DNA of 40,646 nt, taken from positions 1-40,646 of the IMG/VR virus record IMGVR_UViG_3300037457_000051. One strand, written 5' to 3'. This DNA is from a virus. Taxonomy: Duplodnaviria; Caudoviricetes. Of this stretch, positions 36,590 through 40,646 are shown piece after piece. The notes under the pieces were generated by a model. It was given only the letters and a program-made list of their open reading frames with translations. It did no database searches and was not told where the DNA came from. Each line of letters begins with the position of its first letter. Within the stretch, counting starts at the first letter, position 1. The translations under genes were made by a program, and so were the position numbers.

Positions 36590-37717
36590 TCAATACGTCC
36601 GCAGATCCGACGCCGCACGCCCAATCTCCTCCACCCGCTCCCGCAGCGCGTCAAACTCGGCACGGGTGACGGGCTCGTCGCTCGGCTCCGGGCGTTCGGA
36701 CTGCGCCTTGACCTCGTCGAGCTCGCCAAGCTCTTCGAACAACGATTCAACCGTTGAACCGATATGCGGGTTAGGCTGTGCCGGCTCGGAGTCGAGGATG
36801 TTGCATATTGCGCCGACGAATTCACAGAAATCACGGACACCGTTACGTGGGTTCTCAGATTCAGCTTCGACTGCTGCCCGCACCTTGTCGAGCTTGGCAT
36901 TCGCGGCGTGCAGCTCCCCAATCGCCTGCACCGCGGCTCTGCCAATCGGTTGCGTTCCGTACTCGCCCATTTGCGGGAGTTTTTCGCCGAGTTTTTCGAG
37001 CCAGACGCGACCTCGCTGTAGCTCCGCACGTAGCTGCTCGGCTTCTGCCTTCGCCTTCTCGAGTTCGGTCTCGCAACCGGCATGTCTCGCGACTTGTGCT
37101 TGCAGCCCGCCGACATCGTTAGCGTATTTACTGCGCAGTTCGTCTAGCTCCGCCTTCACCTGTTCAAGCTCGGCTGCTAGTCGCTCCGTCAATTCCTTAA
37201 ACTTCTTCTCTACGTAGTCATGGCTGCGCCACCAAGCCGGATGGGCACCGTCGGTGGCGTCGAGCTCGGGCCTGTCTCTCATCTTTACTAGAGCGTCCTC
37301 CATCTCCGCGATGCGCTTATCCTTTGCGAGGATTTGCTGGCACTCTCTCACCAGATGCTCGTTATTTGCCTGCAGTGCAGATCGCAAGCGCTCGGCCTCC
37401 GCCTTCACCTTCTCGAGCGCCGTCCCATATTCACCCATTTGCGGGAGTCTTTCGCCGAGTTTTTCGAGCCAGACGCGACCTCGCTGTAGCTCCGCACGTA
37501 GCTGCTCGGCTTCTGCCTTCGCAGCATCTCGCTGCCCCTCGGCCTCGGTGACGAGCGCGACCCAGTGTCTCAGGTCGAGGCGCTTGTCCTGGAGCTCTGC
37601 GCGCAACCGCTCGGCCTCGCGAGCTTGGGCGATGATCCACTCGAACATCACGGGCGTCAGCGTGTCTAGGTTGTAGCGGCTTTCGAGCTCATCCAGTTCG
37701 TATTTTTGCTTTGTCAT
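36590..37717 (-). CDS. Mosaic coiled-coil early protein with internal duplication
   Basis: AKAEAEQLRAELQRGRVWLEKLGE[RK]LPQMGEYGT occurs twice; start at MTKQKYEL via ATGA overlap. Confidence 0.7.
   Translation of the reverse strand: MTKQKYELDELESRYNLDTLTPVMFEWIIAQAREAERLRAELQDKRLDLRHWVALVTEAEGQRDAAKAEAEQLRAELQRGRVWLEKLGERLPQMGEYGTALEKVKAEAERLRSALQANNEHLVRECQQILAKDKRIAEMEDALVKMRDRPELDATDGAHPAWWRSHDYVEKKFKELTERLAAELEQVKAELDELRSKYANDVGGLQAQVARHAGCETELEKAKAEAEQLRAELQRGRVWLEKLGEKLPQMGEYGTQPIGRAAVQAIGELHAANAKLDKVRAAVEAESENPRNGVRDFCEFVGAICNILDSEPAQPNPHIGSTVESLFEELGELDEVKAQSERPEPSDEPVTRAEFDALRERVEEIGRAASDLRTY
36963..37522 (+). repeat. 92-bp intragenic direct repeat (36963-37054 and 37431-37522)
   Basis: Two mismatches by manual alignment; offset 468 bp (in frame). 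Confidence 0.9.
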
Positions 37718-37842
37718 TTGCTCGCTCGCTTCTTTTGGAGATCCGGTATCCGCCATGGCCCATCTCCGGTCTTGAGCGCGCCGCAAAGCCCGCACCACTG
37801 CGTGAGGATCGGTAGTTTTTGAGACGCCACATTTTCGCTCAT
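37714..37842 (-). CDS. Small CxxC protein (42 aa, not in ORF track)
   Basis: MSENVASQKLPILTQWCGLCGALKTGDGPWRIPDLQKKRASK; ATGA overlap with the downstream gene. Confidence 0.45.
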   Translation of the reverse strand: MSENVASQKLPILTQWCGLCGALKTGDGPWRIPDLQKKRASK

Positions 37843-37917
37843 GCGGACGTGCCTAGACTTTGGGTGACAGCAGGTCATCAGTACTCCGCGCGAAGCTTCG
37901 TCAACAGCTCGAGCGCC

Positions 37918-38322
37918 TCAAGCCAGACTGGCTCGGTGACTGCACCCTTCGCACTCGAGCTCGACGTTGGCCTCCTGCCGCTCCCGGTAGCGCTGGAGGG
38001 CGGTCTCGCATTGTTTTTGAACGTCACCGGCTCGTGGATGCGTTGACACATTGTCCTCAGTTATCCCCCGAGAGTCAGGTGGAAAAAATATCGTGAATAG
38101 CTCGCTGGTGTCGCTGTCCGGGTAGGTCATCTCGGCCCACCCCGTCAAAAGACTTCTCGCCAGCGCCAGCGGCGTCTGGTGGGAGGCGAGCCAGTCTTGC
38201 AGCGATAGACTCAAATGGTTTAAGCGCTGATTGTAGCAGGTTCGGCAAATAGAGCCGAACGACGAGTCGTATACTCTGCTGTCGCACGGCCCGCCGCAGA
38301 CTATGCAGGTTTCGACAGACAT
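37918..38322 (-). CDS. Zn-finger hypothetical protein
   Basis: CIVCG..ICRTC; AGGAGAGG SD. Confidence 0.55.
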   Translation of the reverse strand: MSVETCIVCGGPCDSRVYDSSFGSICRTCYNQRLNHLSLSLQDWLASHQTPLALARSLLTGWAEMTYPDSDTSELFTIFFPPDSRGITEDNVSTHPRAGDVQKQCETALQRYRERQEANVELECEGCSHRASLA

Positions 38323-39029
38323 TTGCGTCCTCTCCTTGCTAATTTCTCCACGTCCTTGTCGAGCTCGTACAACTGACGCGCGAGCCCGAAATACTCCCAC
38401 GCGAGGTCCAGTGCGTCGGAGTCGTAGATCTTTGCGGACGGCTGTCCAGTCTCCTTGTCGAGCCGGATCAGCACAGCTTGCTCAGGTATAAGGTCCGGGG
38501 ATTGCTCGCGAAGTAGCTGCCGGTAAGCTGCTTGTTGCTGCAGGTGCTCCGCATAGATTCCGTTGCCGGATTTCCAGTCGAGCAAACTCCGAACGCCATG
38601 CACCAGGCCTATCGCGTCCAGGGTTCCGCCTAGCCGGAGCGTCTCGGACACGATGGGGATCTCTGTGGCCAGGATCTGGAGCCGCACTTCGGCGGCCCAT
38701 TGATGGAACGCTTCAAGTGCCACTCGCGCCTGCTGCAGAGTCTCCTCGCCCGAGAACCCGAAGTCGGTCAGTGGCTCCTGGTGAATCGAATCTTGGATCC
38801 ATTGATGGACGATGTGCCCAGTGTGCGCAGCGTCGTCGCGCGCTTCGTTCAGCGTCCGCCCCTCGAGGCCCTCTCGATTTGCCCACGCGAGCAGTGCACT
38901 AGCGTTGCGAAAGCGTCCCGTGATTGTCGTCACACTCGGGATGCGCGTGCCGTTCGCGAGCTTGTATTGGGCTGGCCTGCCTGAGCCGCGGATAGCCTTG
39001 GCAGGGGTGGCTAGAGCGGGCGCGCTCAC
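38301..39029 (-). CDS. PD-(D/E)XK exonuclease (Cas4/lambda-exo-like phage nuclease)
   Basis: RIPSVTTI, GHIVH, E..GGTLD..LLDWKSG..QQAAY motifs. Confidence 0.88.
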   Translation of the reverse strand: MSAPALATPAKAIRGSGRPAQYKLANGTRIPSVTTITGRFRNASALLAWANREGLEGRTLNEARDDAAHTGHIVHQWIQDSIHQEPLTDFGFSGEETLQQARVALEAFHQWAAEVRLQILATEIPIVSETLRLGGTLDAIGLVHGVRSLLDWKSGNGIYAEHLQQQAAYRQLLREQSPDLIPEQAVLIRLDKETGQPSAKIYDSDALDLAWEYFGLARQLYELDKDVEKLARRGRKCLSKPA

Positions 39030-39961
39030 AATGCACCTCCGACACTGTCGTCACCGACGTAGTCCGGGTCGTTCAGCTGGTTCTGTCGCGCGAGCACGGC
39101 GGCGCTCAGTTGCTTACTCTGCGCCGCGGTGAACTTGATCTGTTTCGCTCCCGAGCGGATTGCCTCGAGGTCGTCTAGCGTGGGCGCCTCGTCAATCAGC
39201 GCGAGCAACTGATACACGTCGTCGTCAGTGGCCTGGCGCTTGCCGTCCTGCGTGCGGCCGTTGCGTCCATTGCCATTGGCTGGCGCTTGCTGTGTGCGCG
39301 GCGTCTGATCCAAGTCCTCGACGTCCTGAGTAAACAGCTCGGAGGCGCCCGTCGCCGAGAGCGTCGCTGCTACATGAGCACGCTTGGCTGCCATCTTGCG
39401 GACGGTGTTGTATTGGTCGGGCAAGTCGGGATTGGCTACGCGCCCGGTGACCTGCTTCGTGATCCGTTCGTCGTCAATCGGGAATTTCGCGCCGCACCCG
39501 CCACGCTTCGCCCAGCAAAACCACTCCGGGTCGTGCTTGCTCTTGAGCAGCGCGGGCGCGCTGCACTCAGGGCACACACGCTCGGATTTGCGGTAAGCGT
39601 ACCGGCTCTCTCGCGTGCTGCACGAGCCGATGCCGGTGCCGACACGATTGCCCGTCGGGACGTGGATCAGCGCGCACTTGACGACCACCTCGAGGTGCTC
39701 GCCGTCCCATCGCTCCGAGAAGTCGAGCTCCGGCGCCAACTGGAACGCCATGCAGAGGATTTCTGCGCCAGGCTTGAGTAATGTGGGTTTGTCGACGCCA
39801 GGGATCTTGCCGAAGTGCGCGCCGTCCTTCATCACGTAGTCGCGCACTTCTCGGATTTTGGCGACCCGTTGTTTAAGCAACTCGACGCCGACGCCGAGGA
39901 AGTCCTCAGCGCGCGCGAGAGCAGATTCTTGTGCTTCGATTTTTGCCAATGCTTCAGTCAT
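39026..39961 (-). CDS. Phage single-strand annealing / recombination protein
   Basis: HFGKIPG..KPTLLKPGAEIL, GIGSCSTRE, NTVRKMAAKRAHVAA..SELFTQDVED; paired with the exonuclease; contains a CPEC..C..C Zn insert. Confidence 0.72.
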   Translation of the reverse strand: MTEALAKIEAQESALARAEDFLGVGVELLKQRVAKIREVRDYVMKDGAHFGKIPGVDKPTLLKPGAEILCMAFQLAPELDFSERWDGEHLEVVVKCALIHVPTGNRVGTGIGSCSTRESRYAYRKSERVCPECSAPALLKSKHDPEWFCWAKRGGCGAKFPIDDERITKQVTGRVANPDLPDQYNTVRKMAAKRAHVAATLSATGASELFTQDVEDLDQTPRTQQAPANGNGRNGRTQDGKRQATDDDVYQLLALIDEAPTLDDLEAIRSGAKQIKFTAAQSKQLSAAVLARQNQLNDPDYVGDDSVGGAL

Positions 39962-40188
39962 GCGATGGAGCCCTTCTTTCGGTGTTGGCCGGCGTTTGGA
40001 CACGTTGCGAAGTGCGACGTGTATCGCGGAGTCGTAGCGTTCGCGTCGGGAGTCACGTAGCGTGCGAGCCCGTGACGTAATTCGATGTTGCCGTTCGCCG
40101 TCGGCGCGGCGTCGAGCGGCATATTTTTGCCTGCCGTCGTCTGTGCCCAGAGCAGCGGGGCTCCGCAGGAGCGGCATTTAGACGCCAT
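39958..40188 (-). CDS. Small Zn-binding phage protein
   Basis: CRSCGAPLLW..T..GK.MPLD..SHFATCP pattern. Confidence 0.8.
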   Translation of the reverse strand: MASKCRSCGAPLLWAQTTAGKNMPLDAAPTANGNIELRHGLARYVTPDANATTPRYTSHFATCPNAGQHRKKGSIA

Positions 40189-40417
40189 GGACGCCCTCGT
40201 AGCGCTGCAGAAGATTTGCCCAGGCGTCCCAGAGATTCTCGCGCGTGATCACGTCCAGCGTACCGTCCGGAGCTGTGCACGAGATGGTCCACACGTCGCC
40301 GAAGCTCCCGACACTGAACCGATATCCGTATCGATACAGCCGGAGCACTTTGGCTCTAATTGCCACGCGCTGCCGGCGGCGCTGCCGTGCCACCCACCTC
40401 TCGTCAAGGGCCATCAT
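40178..40417 (-). CDS. Hypothetical protein (allele of 164-403)
   Basis: Near-identical translation. Confidence 0.65.
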   Translation of the reverse strand: MMALDERWVARQRRRQRVAIRAKVLRLYRYGYRFSVGSFGDVWTISCTAPDGTLDVITRENLWDAWANLLQRYEGVHGV

Positions 40418-40646
40418 ATCCCTACTGCCCTTCGGGTCGCGCGGCGCAGCGCCTCGCGGTTGTGCCGCGTCGCCTCGGCGAGGCCGCGGTCGCTGAATGC
40501 GTCTAGTACCGCCTGCTCGTAGGAGTCGCCCCAGCCGATGCGGGCGACGACGTCCTCGACCCGAAGTAGCACCTTGTGCATGACCGCGTGGCGCCGGTGC
40601 TCGGCGGAGCGTCCGGGGGTCGATAGCCAGGCCGCGAGAGCAGCGG
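40414..40646 (-). CDS. Hypothetical protein, 5'-truncated (allele of 400-657)
   Basis: Repeat copy; start lies beyond the window edge. Confidence 0.6.
   Translation of the reverse strand, partial: AALAAWLSTPGRSAEHRRHAVMHKVLLRVEDVVARIGWGDSYEQAVLDAFSDRGLAEATRHNREALRRATRRAVGI

Larger units (their letters stand above)
1..40646. mobile_element. Near-complete/complete tailed phage (podovirus-like) genome, unit length ~40,014 bp
   Basis: Full gene set: TerL, portal, scaffold, major capsid, adaptor, nozzle, ejection proteins, tailspike, lysis, replication and recombination genes. The ends overlap as a direct repeat. No tape measure, sheath or tube genes recognised; no host genes flank it. Confidence 0.93.
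40015..40646 (+). repeat. Right copy of imperfect terminal direct repeat
   Basis: Matches 1-632 at about 93-94% identity (manual count). Confidence 0.95.

Noticed and set aside
38301-39029. Cas4 as part of a CRISPR adaptation module
   Set aside because: Lacks the four-Cys Fe-S motif and sits beside an annealing protein; an ordinary phage recombination exonuclease is the simpler call.
1-40646. tRNA, rRNA, reverse transcriptase/DGR, DNA or RNA polymerase genes
   Set aside because: No such motifs or cloverleaf-like sequences recognised by eye. The 92-bp repeat has only two mismatches and no RT is present. tRNAscan/Infernal were not run.

Overview
The window looks like one essentially complete ~40.0 kb GC-rich tailed-phage genome of podovirus type. 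It is bounded by an imperfect ~632-bp direct repeat (1-632 vs 40015-40646). The + strand carries, in order: a Cro-like HTH, a disrupted tyrosine integrase, a replication initiator, a RuvC-like resolvase, an accessory cassette, terminase, portal, scaffold, capsid, tail adaptor and nozzle, three ejection proteins, fibre/tailspike and lysis genes. The - strand early arm carries an ssDNA-annealing protein, a PD-(D/E)XK exonuclease, an RHH regulator and small ORFs. The standout is at 4677-5964: a ~625-bp, probably non-coding array of ~94 NN-NCC pentamers (GGN-NN on the - strand), punctuated by 19 YGCGAC anchors. It lies directly upstream of a lone Cas7/RAMP-fold gene with no other cas genes, and is a candidate non-CRISPR RNA-guided system. 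It is followed, with translational coupling, by a NeuB-NeuC-NeuA-Maf nonulosonic-acid synthesis and transfer module. All product calls come from motifs recognised by eye; no database searches were run.
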